The notes under the pieces are model-generated. The model was not told the DNA's origin, did no database searches, and saw only the letters and a program-made list of their open reading frames with translations. This document shows positions 48,044 to 56,517 of a DNA stretch of 64,000 nucleotides, piece by piece. The translations under genes were made by a program, and so were the position numbers. Each line of letters opens with the position of its first letter. Position 1 is the stretch's first letter. This stretch comes from Bacteroidota bacterium (lineage in GTDB: Bacteria; Bacteroidota; Ignavibacteria; UBA10030; UBA6906): NCBI GenBank assembly GCA_035516035.1, contig DATJAS010000006.1, forward strand, positions 8,522 through 72,521, written 5' to 3'.

Positions 48044-48634
48044 CTACAGGAGATAGAGAACGGGAAAGAGGAAGATCCAGACCAGATCCACGAAGTGCCA
48101 GTAGAGGCCCGCCACCTCCACGCGGTTCGTGAACCGCGCAGGCTCGGCGCGCCACATCGCCGCACCGGGTCCGAGGAGGTAGCTGTTCACGATGATCCCC
48201 CCCACGATATGGAGCGCGTGGAGTCCCGTGAGGGTGAAGTAGATCGCCATGAACGTGCTCGTCGAGGGGGTGAGGCCGTGCTCGAACTTGGCGGCGTACT
48301 CGAAGCCCTTGATGACCAGGAAGACGCAGGCCAGCGCGACGGTGGATCCCATGTAGATCCGGAAGCGCCCGAGCGATCCCGTCGCGATCGAGGCCCACGC
48401 CATCACCATCGTGACGCTCGAGGTGATCAGGACGATCGTGTTCACGGTGGCCAGGGGAATGTTCAGGTGCTCGTAGCCGTGCGGCCACGTCGTCGCGCCC
48501 ACGCGCAGCAGCACGTAGGAGGAGAAGAGCGCCCCGAAGAGCATCACCTCGGAAGCCAGGAAGAGCCAGATCCCCAGTTTTGCGTTGTAGAGGCCGGTGT
48601 CCGGCCGGGGGTCGACGGTGTAGGGAATCTCCAT
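48044..48634 (-). CDS. coxC: Cytochrome c oxidase subunit III
   Basis: LGIWLFLASEVMLFGALF, YFTLTGLHALHIVGG, and AGLYWHFVDLVWIFLFPVLYL. Confidence 0.85.
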   Translation of the reverse strand: MEIPYTVDPRPDTGLYNAKLGIWLFLASEVMLFGALFSSYVLLRVGATTWPHGYEHLNIPLATVNTIVLITSSVTMVMAWASIATGSLGRFRIYMGSTVALACVFLVIKGFEYAAKFEHGLTPSTSTFMAIYFTLTGLHALHIVGGIIVNSYLLGPGAAMWRAEPARFTNRVEVAGLYWHFVDLVWIFLFPVLYLL

Positions 48635-48636
48635 GG

Positions 48637-50400
48637 TCAGTGCGCCTCCGCCGGTGCGTTTTGCGGGACGAAATCACGTCCGTTGCCGGGCACGCTGTAC
48701 TCGTAGGGGCCCCGGTGCACCTCGGGCACCGCGCTGAAATTGCCGTGGGCCACGGGGGGAGAGGACGTTGCCGCCCACTCGAGCGTCGTCGCCTCCCAGT
48801 GATTGGCCGCCACGGGCGCTCCCCTGCGCATGCTCCAGAAGAAATTGACGATGAACGGGATCTGCGCGAGCCCCAGGCACCAGGCGGCGATCGACATGAA
48901 CGTGTTCAGGTGGAGCACCCCCTGCGCGTGCGCGTACTGGGCTCCCCCGTCATAGAGGCGGCGCGAGACGCCCGCGAGGCCCTGGATGAACATCGGCATG
49001 AACACGCAGTTGAGAAACGTGAACGAGAGCCAGAAGTGTATCTTGCCCAGCAGGTCGTTCATTTTCCGCCCCGTCACCTTCGGGAACCAGTAGTAGACGC
49101 CGCCGAAGAGGGCCAGCAGCGTTCCCGGCGCGACGACGTAGTGAAAGTGCCCGATGACGTAGTACGTGTCGTGCAGGTGGATGTCGGAAGGGGCGAGCCC
49201 CAGGGGGAGCCCGGTGAGTCCGCCGATGCCGAACATCGGCAGGAACGCCAGCGCGAAGAGCATCGGCGTCGTGAACCGGATCGACCCTCCCCACAGCGAC
49301 AGGAACAGGGCCGTCAATATGATGATCGAGGGAACGGAAATGATCATCGTCGTCGCCTGGAAAAACGAGCTGATGGCCGTGCCCATGCCGGTGAGAAACA
49401 TGTGGTGCGCCCAGACGATGAACGACATGAACCCGAGGAACACCGTGGCGTACACCATCGAGCGGTATCCCCAGAGGGGCTTGCGCGTGTTGTTGGCGAT
49501 GATCTCCGCGACGATCCCCATGGCGGGGAGGATCAGCACGTACACCTCGGGGTGGGCCAGGAACCAGAACAGGTGCTGCCACAGGAGGGGGTTGCCGCCC
49601 CCCGAATTTGCCAGGGCCTGCCCGCTCACCACGAGCCCGCTCGGCATGAAGAAGCTCGTTCCGGCCAGGCGGTCCATCAGCTGCAGGACCCCCGCCGCCT
49701 CCAGCGGCGGGAAGGCGAGCAGGAGGAGGAACGACGTTACGAGCTGTGCCCAGACGAAAAACGGGAGCCGCATGAAGGAGAGTCCCTTCGCCCGCAGCTG
49801 GAAGATCGTCGTGATGAAATTGACGCTCCCCAGGAGCGAGGACGTGATCAGGCAGATCATCCCGAAGAGCCACACCGTCTGCCCGGTCGTGGCGATGACG
49901 GAGAGGGGCGCGTAGGAGGTCCATCCGGATGCGGCGGAGCCGCCCGGGAGGAAGAAACTGGAGAGCATCGTGAGCCCTCCCGCGGCGTAGACCCAGTAGC
50001 TCATCATGTTGAGCTTCGGAAACGCCATGTCGGGCGCCCCGATCTGCAGGGGCATCACGTAGTTGCCGAACGCGCCCACGGCCAGCGGTACCACGCCCAG
50101 GAACACCATGATCGTCCCGTGCATGGCGCCGAGCTGGTTGTAGAACTCCGGCAGCATGATCCCGTCGGGCGCGCGGGAGTCGCCGAGCAGGCCGCCGATC
50201 AGGGGAATCGCCTGGCCGGGGTATGCGAGCTGCCAGCGCATGATCATCATCAGCGTGAACCCGAACAGGAGGAACAGGAGCGCCGTGATCCCGTACTGGA
50301 CGCCGATGGTCTTGTGGTCCTGCGAAAACACGTACGTGCGCCAGAAGCCGTGGCCACTCCCGTGGTCCGCCGCGTGCGCGTGCGCCGCCGGTGCGCTCAC
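48637..50400 (-). CDS. coxA: Cytochrome c oxidase subunit I (haem-copper oxidase, A family)
   Basis: DHKTIGVQYG, GAPDMAFPKLN, WFLAHPEVYVLILPAMG, HHMF, and GHFHYVV. Confidence 0.95.
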   Translation of the reverse strand: MSAPAAHAHAADHGSGHGFWRTYVFSQDHKTIGVQYGITALLFLLFGFTLMMIMRWQLAYPGQAIPLIGGLLGDSRAPDGIMLPEFYNQLGAMHGTIMVFLGVVPLAVGAFGNYVMPLQIGAPDMAFPKLNMMSYWVYAAGGLTMLSSFFLPGGSAASGWTSYAPLSVIATTGQTVWLFGMICLITSSLLGSVNFITTIFQLRAKGLSFMRLPFFVWAQLVTSFLLLLAFPPLEAAGVLQLMDRLAGTSFFMPSGLVVSGQALANSGGGNPLLWQHLFWFLAHPEVYVLILPAMGIVAEIIANNTRKPLWGYRSMVYATVFLGFMSFIVWAHHMFLTGMGTAISSFFQATTMIISVPSIIILTALFLSLWGGSIRFTTPMLFALAFLPMFGIGGLTGLPLGLAPSDIHLHDTYYVIGHFHYVVAPGTLLALFGGVYYWFPKVTGRKMNDLLGKIHFWLSFTFLNCVFMPMFIQGLAGVSRRLYDGGAQYAHAQGVLHLNTFMSIAAWCLGLAQIPFIVNFFWSMRRGAPVAANHWEATTLEWAATSSPPVAHGNFSAVPEVHRGPYEYSVPGNGRDFVPQNAPAEAH

Positions 50401-50434
50401 CTGGATGTGCCCTTTCGCGTGTGTGAACGGTCCA

Positions 50435-51130
50435 TTACTTCCCCTGGTACGTAAAGTCCGCCGCGGCGGTGCCGCTGGCGGCGACCTTCACCTTCATCGT
50501 CTGCGTGCCGTACTTTTCCTGCCATGTCTCGATCGTGTACTCTCCCGCCGGGAGGTTCTTCAGGTGGAACGTCCCGTCGTTGCCCGTGACCGCGAAGAAG
50601 GGATGGCTGAAGACGCCGATGTACGCCCCCATCCATGTGTGCACCTCGCACTTCACCTTGAAGACCTCGGGCTTGTCGAACTTCTTCGCCAGGCGCATCC
50701 CCTGTTTCGGCTGGGCGACGTTAAACTGCGGATTGTCCTTCGAGAGTGAATGGACGTTGTGGAGCGTGGGGTCCGAGTTGACCACGTCGAGTTCCTGCCC
50801 CGTCTGGATCCCCACGACGTGCGGATCGTACTGGCAGCCCTTCTGGTCGAATTCGATCTTTGCCGCCGGTGGATCGAACTTCCGGCTCCCGAGCCCCTCC
50901 TTCACGTAGACCAGCACGTTCCTGAGCGTCCCGTTCGGGTTCACCACCACTTCCTCGCCGAAGACGGGGGTCTTGTGCTGCTTGACGCATACGGGGTCGG
51001 CGTTCATCATGATGCGCGCCGGCTTGGGCGCGCTCCCCGTGAATGACACCTTGCCGGCCACATCGCCGGCCGCCGCAGTGCAGGCGCACGCAATGATCAG
51101 CGCGCAGATGGCTCCGCTCGCGTACTTCAT
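50435..51130 (-). CDS. Secreted type-1 copper (cupredoxin) protein flanked by carboxypeptidase-regulatory-like beta segments
   Basis: Signal peptide. Candidate T1 Cu ligands are His in TLHNVH and C-x2-H-x2-M in KCEVHTWM. Confidence 0.65.
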   Translation of the reverse strand: MKYASGAICALIIACACTAAAGDVAGKVSFTGSAPKPARIMMNADPVCVKQHKTPVFGEEVVVNPNGTLRNVLVYVKEGLGSRKFDPPAAKIEFDQKGCQYDPHVVGIQTGQELDVVNSDPTLHNVHSLSKDNPQFNVAQPKQGMRLAKKFDKPEVFKVKCEVHTWMGAYIGVFSHPFFAVTGNDGTFHLKNLPAGEYTIETWQEKYGTQTMKVKVAASGTAAADFTYQGK

Positions 51131-51173
51131 TCCTGGACTTCCTCCCGGTTAATGGTTGTTATGGATGCAACAC

Positions 51174-53798
51174 TCATTGTGCGGCCACGACCGGCCGCGC
51201 CGGCCTGCCGATCGAAATCACGTAGTCGCGGATCGCCGTCTCCTGCTTCCGGGCGTCTCCCCCCAGCACGTCGGGGAGCGCGGACTGACCGTCGGGGAAG
51301 AACGTCGGCATGCGGGTCCCCTCCTGGAGCTTGTTCGGGTCGGCCAGCCACTCGATGATCCACTCGGGCTTCAGGCGGTCGCGTGCCTTCGTCAGGTCGG
51401 GCGCCAGGTCCGCCGTCGATCCCGAGCCGGGAGGCGGGGCGTTCCCGACCGGGTGGCACTTGATGCACTGGAATTCGTTGAAAATCGTCTTCCCCACCGG
51501 GAGGAGCGCCGGGTCGGGGCGGAACGCCGCGTAGTCCCTCACCTCCAGCTCCTGGTTGCTCAGCGCGAGGAAGTACTTCGTGAGCGAGGAAATCTCCTCA
51601 TCCGTCAGTGAGAACGTCGGCATCCGGACTTTCAGCCAGGGCCTGATCCGGTCCGGCGCGCCCGTCGTGGAGGGGCTCGTGAGGAAATCGCGCAGCCACG
51701 GCTCCTGCACCTTCTTCCCCTCCCCCGTGATGATCGGGGGGAGGAACGCCGGGTCGTCGATCACCGCGCTGATGAACCGCCCCTCCCCCTCGAGCTGGTG
51801 GCACTGCCGGCAGTTGTAGCGGTACGCGATGCGGCGTCCCGCCTCGATCTCCTGGAGCCGGGCGTCGAACCTCTTCACGTACCTGGGGTCGGGCACGTCC
51901 TTCGTCTCGGAGAGGAGGAAGAGCGAAATCTTCGCGATTTCGCTGTCGCTGAACGCGAACACAGGCATTTTCTGGACGATCCTGTCCGTCTGGAACACGC
52001 GCGAGTCGCGGAGCTTGTTCTTCACCCAGTCGTGCCACGTGTGGGGCACGTGGGTGTCCCCGAAATCCATCTCTTCCACGCGCTTGCGCCCGAAATTGGA
52101 GAGCGACACGGACACCCGGCTCTCCTTCTCCATCCCGGGGATGAGGTGGCAGCCTGCGCAGCCGTACTCCTTGATGACGGCCTCCCCGCGAGCGATGCGC
52201 TCCGGGGAGGTCACGTCGATCGCCTCCGGGAGGAACGTCCGGTCGTCTTTCAGCGTCACGAGGTACGCCGTCACGTCGCGCGCCTCCCCCTCCGTCAGCC
52301 GCAGGTTCGGCATCTTCGTCGTCGGGTTGTAGTGCCGGGGATTCCTCACCCAGTCGAAGATCCAGTCCGGGCGCGCCTTGCTCCCCACGCGCGTCAGCTC
52401 GGGAGCGATGTCATAACTGGTGCCCCGCGCCGCGCGGACGTTCGCCTGGTCGCCGATCGCGTGGCAGCCCAGGCACCCGACGGACTCGACGATTCCCTTC
52501 CCCTTCGCCGCGTCCCCCCCGGGAAACTTCCCGGCGAGCCGGAAGCTGTCGCGCGGCGCCAGGCTGACGAGATACGCCGTCACCGCGGAGGCCTGTTCGT
52601 CGGTGAACCGGAAGTTCGGCATACGCGTGTGCGCGTTGTATTCCTTCGGGTTCTTCACCCAGCGCTCGATCCAGGCGGGGTCCGTCTTGTAGGCGATGCG
52701 CGCAAGCTCAGGGCCGATCCGCTGGAGGTCGGTGTACCCCTTGATCTCGTGGCAGCCGAAGCAGCCCGACTCGATGATCAGCCGGCGCGAGTCGGAGAAG
52801 ACGGGCGCCCCCTCCAGGTGACTCTCATTTTCATGACACGCGGTGCACGACGCCCAGACGTCGATCCCCTCCAGCATGGGATTCTCCCAGTAGGGGTCGC
52901 CGCTCCCGTGCGCGGTGGCCGCCGTAAGCGCGGGTCCCTGTCCCCGGTGACAGGGCGTGCAGCCGATGACGTCGGGCTTGTGGAGCGACAGGAGCTCCGG
53001 GAGCGGATGCCTGGTAAACGGCTCGGGGGCGCTGTCCATCACCTCTTCGTTCCACCCGAGGTGGCATGTCTGGCAGCGGTCGATGCGCGCCTTCGGGTCG
53101 TTGAAGGGGTTCTTGTCGTAGTCGTCCAGCATCACCTGCCGGATTTCGATCGGCGCGGTGCGCGCCTTCTTCACCTTCGCGTCCCACTTGTCGACCTTCT
53201 TCAGGAGGTCCGTGATCGCGTTCTGGGGCCTGCGGACCGCCTGGCGGTACCTGTTCACCGCCCCCATGAGCGTGTCGCGCTCCCGTTCCAGGCGCGCGAT
53301 CACCGCCTGGTGCGCCGCCGTTTCGGCCTCGTCGGCCGCCAGGCGGGATTTCTCCTTCAGGTCCTCCTCCCCTTCATGGAGCGACTTCTTATAAAAGTAG
53401 TACGCCTCGTCGCCGCGGCTCTTGGCGAACTGGAAGCGCCGGTTCTCCCGGGCGAGCGAATCGAGGACCTCGTCCACGCGCGAGAGCGCGGCGCGGTACG
53501 CGGGTCCGGCGATCGAGTCTTCCGCGGCCGCAAGCTCGGCGGAACGGTCGGCGAGCGCCGAGGAATCCATTTCAGCGGCCGCCTGGTTCTCCTGCTCCTG
53601 CATCTTCGCCGCGGCGAGGTCCTGGTAGGCCCGCTGCACGTCCTTCCAGGGCCGCCGGGTGATCACCTCGTCGACGACCGCCCACATCGTGCCCAGGAAG
53701 AGGAACCCGGCGAACAGGATGTAGAGTGTGCTGTAGTCGCGCTCTTCGATCGGGCGCGCACCGCGCTTTCGGAACACGCGTGTTTCCCTTTCGTCCAC
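51174..53798 (-). CDS. Membrane-anchored octahaem cytochrome c (874 aa)
   Basis: Eight CxxCH motifs: CQTCH, CTPCH, CTACH, CFGCH, CLGCH, CAGCH, CRQCH, CIKCH. The last five each sit in a class-I-like repeat with a downstream (R/K)MP(N/V/T)(F/L) Met. N-terminal TM helix plus a ~200-aa Ala/Glu/Arg/Lys-rich predicted coiled coil. GTG start at 53798. Confidence 0.8.
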   Translation of the reverse strand: MDERETRVFRKRGARPIEERDYSTLYILFAGFLFLGTMWAVVDEVITRRPWKDVQRAYQDLAAAKMQEQENQAAAEMDSSALADRSAELAAAEDSIAGPAYRAALSRVDEVLDSLARENRRFQFAKSRGDEAYYFYKKSLHEGEEDLKEKSRLAADEAETAAHQAVIARLERERDTLMGAVNRYRQAVRRPQNAITDLLKKVDKWDAKVKKARTAPIEIRQVMLDDYDKNPFNDPKARIDRCQTCHLGWNEEVMDSAPEPFTRHPLPELLSLHKPDVIGCTPCHRGQGPALTAATAHGSGDPYWENPMLEGIDVWASCTACHENESHLEGAPVFSDSRRLIIESGCFGCHEIKGYTDLQRIGPELARIAYKTDPAWIERWVKNPKEYNAHTRMPNFRFTDEQASAVTAYLVSLAPRDSFRLAGKFPGGDAAKGKGIVESVGCLGCHAIGDQANVRAARGTSYDIAPELTRVGSKARPDWIFDWVRNPRHYNPTTKMPNLRLTEGEARDVTAYLVTLKDDRTFLPEAIDVTSPERIARGEAVIKEYGCAGCHLIPGMEKESRVSVSLSNFGRKRVEEMDFGDTHVPHTWHDWVKNKLRDSRVFQTDRIVQKMPVFAFSDSEIAKISLFLLSETKDVPDPRYVKRFDARLQEIEAGRRIAYRYNCRQCHQLEGEGRFISAVIDDPAFLPPIITGEGKKVQEPWLRDFLTSPSTTGAPDRIRPWLKVRMPTFSLTDEEISSLTKYFLALSNQELEVRDYAAFRPDPALLPVGKTIFNEFQCIKCHPVGNAPPPGSGSTADLAPDLTKARDRLKPEWIIEWLADPNKLQEGTRMPTFFPDGQSALPDVLGGDARKQETAIRDYVISIGRPARPVVAAQ

Positions 53799-53799
53799 G

Positions 53800-54684
53800 T
53801 CAGATATTGAACCAGGGTGTGACGAGGATATACTTGATGTTCAGCGTGAGGCGCAGGATGATCTTGACCGGGAGCGACGCCATGATCAGCAGCAGGCCCG
53901 CCACGATCGTGTAGCGCAGGGGACCCAGCTTCCGGACCACGTCCGACTTCCGCTTCCAGAGGTAATAGACGACGCCGAGGCTGAACCAGGCCAGGATCGT
54001 CGCGCTCCCGATCGCCATCGCCGCGGGGTTGAGCGAGTCGTCCACCCTCCGCGTCGGCACCCCGAACAGCTCGGACCAGTCGACGTTGGTCAGCGCCACC
54101 ACGCGATGCGTGTCCCAACGCTCCCACGGCATGAAGAGGTTCCACCCCGGTCCGCGGAAAAACGTCCCGAGGACGATAAGCGACACCCACATCACGAGGA
54201 AGCCGAAGCAGAACACCAGGATCGCGAAGCGGCGCTCGCGGAACGTGTAGTAGCCGTTCCCTTTCGGGTTGATGTCGATATACGGGATGGCGCAGAGTCC
54301 CAGGATGATGAGCGTCGGGATCATGACGCCGGCTATCCACGGGTCAAAATAGACCAGGATCTCCTGCAGCCCCAGGAAGTACCAGGGCGCCTTGGAAGGG
54401 TTCGGCGTGAGCGACGGGTTGGCGGGCGCCTCCAGGGGAGCGTTGAGCGTGATCGACCAGACCGTGAGGAGCGCCATCACCAGGAGCGCCGCGAGGAACT
54501 CCACCCTGACCAGGTAGGGCCAGACCTGCACCTTGTCCCCCAGCTCGGCCTCCTCGGGCGACGGCCGGCGGTCGTTCCGCACGGCGCGGGAGAACGAGTA
54601 CCACGTGTAGAAGATCGTCAGCACGAGCATCAGGACGATCGGAACGTTGTCCGGCTTCGAGAGTATCGTGGTGAGGTTATGCAT
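53800..54684 (-). CDS. Cytochrome b C-terminal (subunit IV-like) protein, extended, complex 2
   Basis: PNPSKAPWYFLGLQE aligns with the PEWY Qo region. There are several extra TM helices compared with a typical subunit IV. Confidence 0.8.
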   Translation of the reverse strand: MHNLTTILSKPDNVPIVLMLVLTIFYTWYSFSRAVRNDRRPSPEEAELGDKVQVWPYLVRVEFLAALLVMALLTVWSITLNAPLEAPANPSLTPNPSKAPWYFLGLQEILVYFDPWIAGVMIPTLIILGLCAIPYIDINPKGNGYYTFRERRFAILVFCFGFLVMWVSLIVLGTFFRGPGWNLFMPWERWDTHRVVALTNVDWSELFGVPTRRVDDSLNPAAMAIGSATILAWFSLGVVYYLWKRKSDVVRKLGPLRYTIVAGLLLIMASLPVKIILRLTLNIKYILVTPWFNI

Positions 54685-54708
54685 CGGCGTCCATGGAAAA
54701 CGTGCCTG

Positions 54709-55500
54709 TCAGTTCTTTTTCGCCGCCGGGTCCGGCCCCGAGATCCCGCCGTCCTTCCGGATCCGCCAGAAATGGACGATCATCAGCACGGCGCCGATCA
54801 GGGGAAGGAAGATGCAATGGAGCACGTAAAACCGGAGGAGCGTCGGGGGTCCCACCTGTGTCCCCCCCAGGAGGACGAACCTGACGTCGTTGTTGATCTT
54901 CATGCCCAGCTCCGGGCCGAAGGGTCCCTCGTGCCCCAGCAGCGGCGTCGCCCGCGCCATGTTGGTCCCCACGGTCACCGCCCAGATCGCCAGCTGGTCC
55001 CACGGGAGGAGATACCCGGTGAAGCTCAGGAAGAGCGTGAGCGTCAGCAGGATGACGCCCACCACCCAGTTGAACTGGCGCGGCGCCTTGTAGGATCCGG
55101 TGAGGAACACGCGGAACATGTGGAGCATGACGGTGATGACCATTGCGTGCGCCGCCCAGCGGTGCATGTTCCGCATGAGGGGACCGAAGGCGACGTCGTT
55201 CATGAGATATTTCATGTCGTCGTACGCGTACTCGGCGGCCGGGCGGTAGTAAAACATCAGGATCACGCCCGTGACGGTGAGGACGATAAAGAGCAGGAAC
55301 GTGATCCCCCCCATCCCCCAGGTGTACCCGATGTTGGTCGCGTGCCGCGTGATGCGCACCGGGTGGAGATGGAGGAAGACGTTGTCGACGATCTGGAGCG
55401 CCCTGTTTCGCTGCGTATCCTGGTAGTTGTGCCGGAAGACGGACCGGTACACTTCCGTCTTCTGCATCTTCTCGCGCAGCGTGTCGAATATGCCGAGCAT
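54709..55500 (-). CDS. Cytochrome b6-like N-terminal subunit, complex 2
   Basis: [36 protein letters not shown], and [21 protein letters not shown] (the four haem His ligands). Confidence 0.9.
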   Translation of the reverse strand: MLGIFDTLREKMQKTEVYRSVFRHNYQDTQRNRALQIVDNVFLHLHPVRITRHATNIGYTWGMGGITFLLFIVLTVTGVILMFYYRPAAEYAYDDMKYLMNDVAFGPLMRNMHRWAAHAMVITVMLHMFRVFLTGSYKAPRQFNWVVGVILLTLTLFLSFTGYLLPWDQLAIWAVTVGTNMARATPLLGHEGPFGPELGMKINNDVRFVLLGGTQVGPPTLLRFYVLHCIFLPLIGAVLMIVHFWRIRKDGGISGPDPAAKKN

Positions 55501-55518
55501 CGGCGGCGTCCTCCTGGT

Positions 55519-56127
55519 CTATCCGTTGTACTTCAGAAACGCCCCGGGCTTCGACCACTCCCCCTTCTCATAGAGGAACTTGACGCTCCTGTCCACAATG
55601 ATCTGTCCGTCGTCGTCCAGCGTGATCTTCAGGCGTTCCAGCGGACGGGGAGTGGGACCCTCGAAGTTGATCCCGTCCTTGTGGTAGCCGCTCCCGTGGC
55701 AGGGGCACTTGAACTTGTTTTCCGCCGGGAGCCACCGCGGGGTGCAGCCCAGGTGGGTGCAGATCGCGGAGAGCGCGTAAAACCCCTCCGCCTCACGGAC
55801 GATCCAAACGCGGTAGTCATCTTTATACTTCTCGTTCACCTCCCCCACGACAAAATCGTCGGGGAACCCCGCCTTGAACGCGGAGGGGGGCTCGTACAGG
55901 ACGCGCGGCACCATCAGGCGAAGGGCCCCGATCGTCGCGGTACTGATAAATGAGAAAAAGGCGAGCCAGCCCGCCACGTTGAGAAAGCTCTTGCGGCTCA
56001 TCCGCCAGATGCCCCTGTCGTCGTCCGGGGGACGGTCCTGCTTCGGTTTGCGCAGTTCGGGCGCTTTCGGCGCGGGAGCGCCGCCTGCAGGGGGCTGAGC
56101 GGCGCCCGGGGTCAGATCATCGGGCAT
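55519..56127 (-). CDS. Rieske [2Fe-2S] protein of complex 2
   Basis: CTHLGCTP and CPCHGSGY boxes. Long Pro/Ala-rich N-terminus with an RK-type (MSRKSFL) Tat-like motif and one TM helix. Confidence 0.85.
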   Translation of the reverse strand: MPDDLTPGAAQPPAGGAPAPKAPELRKPKQDRPPDDDRGIWRMSRKSFLNVAGWLAFFSFISTATIGALRLMVPRVLYEPPSAFKAGFPDDFVVGEVNEKYKDDYRVWIVREAEGFYALSAICTHLGCTPRWLPAENKFKCPCHGSGYHKDGINFEGPTPRPLERLKITLDDDGQIIVDRSVKFLYEKGEWSKPGAFLKYNG

Positions 56128-56341
56128 GGACGTACCTCATCGCATAAAAGGTCCGGGGGGTCGCCCCTCGGCGTGCGGCGGGTGAATATGATGTCGCGGC
56201 GGTGTGTGCGGGTGAGAGGATGCGGCACAGCGGAGACCGTGTGTGGCCGGGAGACAGCAGACGATGCAACATTGACAGAAACAGAGTCGATTGTTCGAGA
56301 TTGCTGCGCCGCAGGAGCATATTCCAATGAGCTAGGACAAA

Positions 56342-56370
56342 AAGATACAAAAGCCGATTTGAAAAGTCAA
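56342..56370 (-). promoter_or_regulatory. Candidate promoter (TTGACT-N17-TATCTT) for the respiratory super-operon
   Basis: Minus-strand TTGACT at 56370-56365 and TATCTT at 56347-56342. This implies a ~200-nt leader before ATG 56127. Confidence 0.3.
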
Positions 56371-56517
56371 CACGAAACGCACCCGGCATCAAGGAGTTTC
56401 CCGGATACCTCGCAGAAGTGTAAACAATCTCAACGTTGTTTGCTTCTCCCGGCCGATTCGAGTATATTTGTGCCCGGCGTCCACCAAGGGACGGCACACA
56501 GCACCGCTCACACAACC

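Noticed and set aside
56439-56470. Bacteroidetes-type -33/-7 promoter (TTTG-N20-TATATTTG) upstream of bshC as evidence for an FCB-type sigma factor
   Set aside because: I kept this only as a low-confidence note inside a finding. The other intergenic regions show classical -35/-10 pairs, so a single match is insufficient to infer a promoter class or taxonomy.
56112-56515. Minus-strand ORFs of 132 aa (56117-56515) and 71 aa (56112-56327) in the divergent intergenic region
   Set aside because: Their composition and codon pattern are unlike the neighbouring genes, they have no RBS or motif, and they overlap the start of the Rieske gene. The region is better explained as a promoter/leader region.
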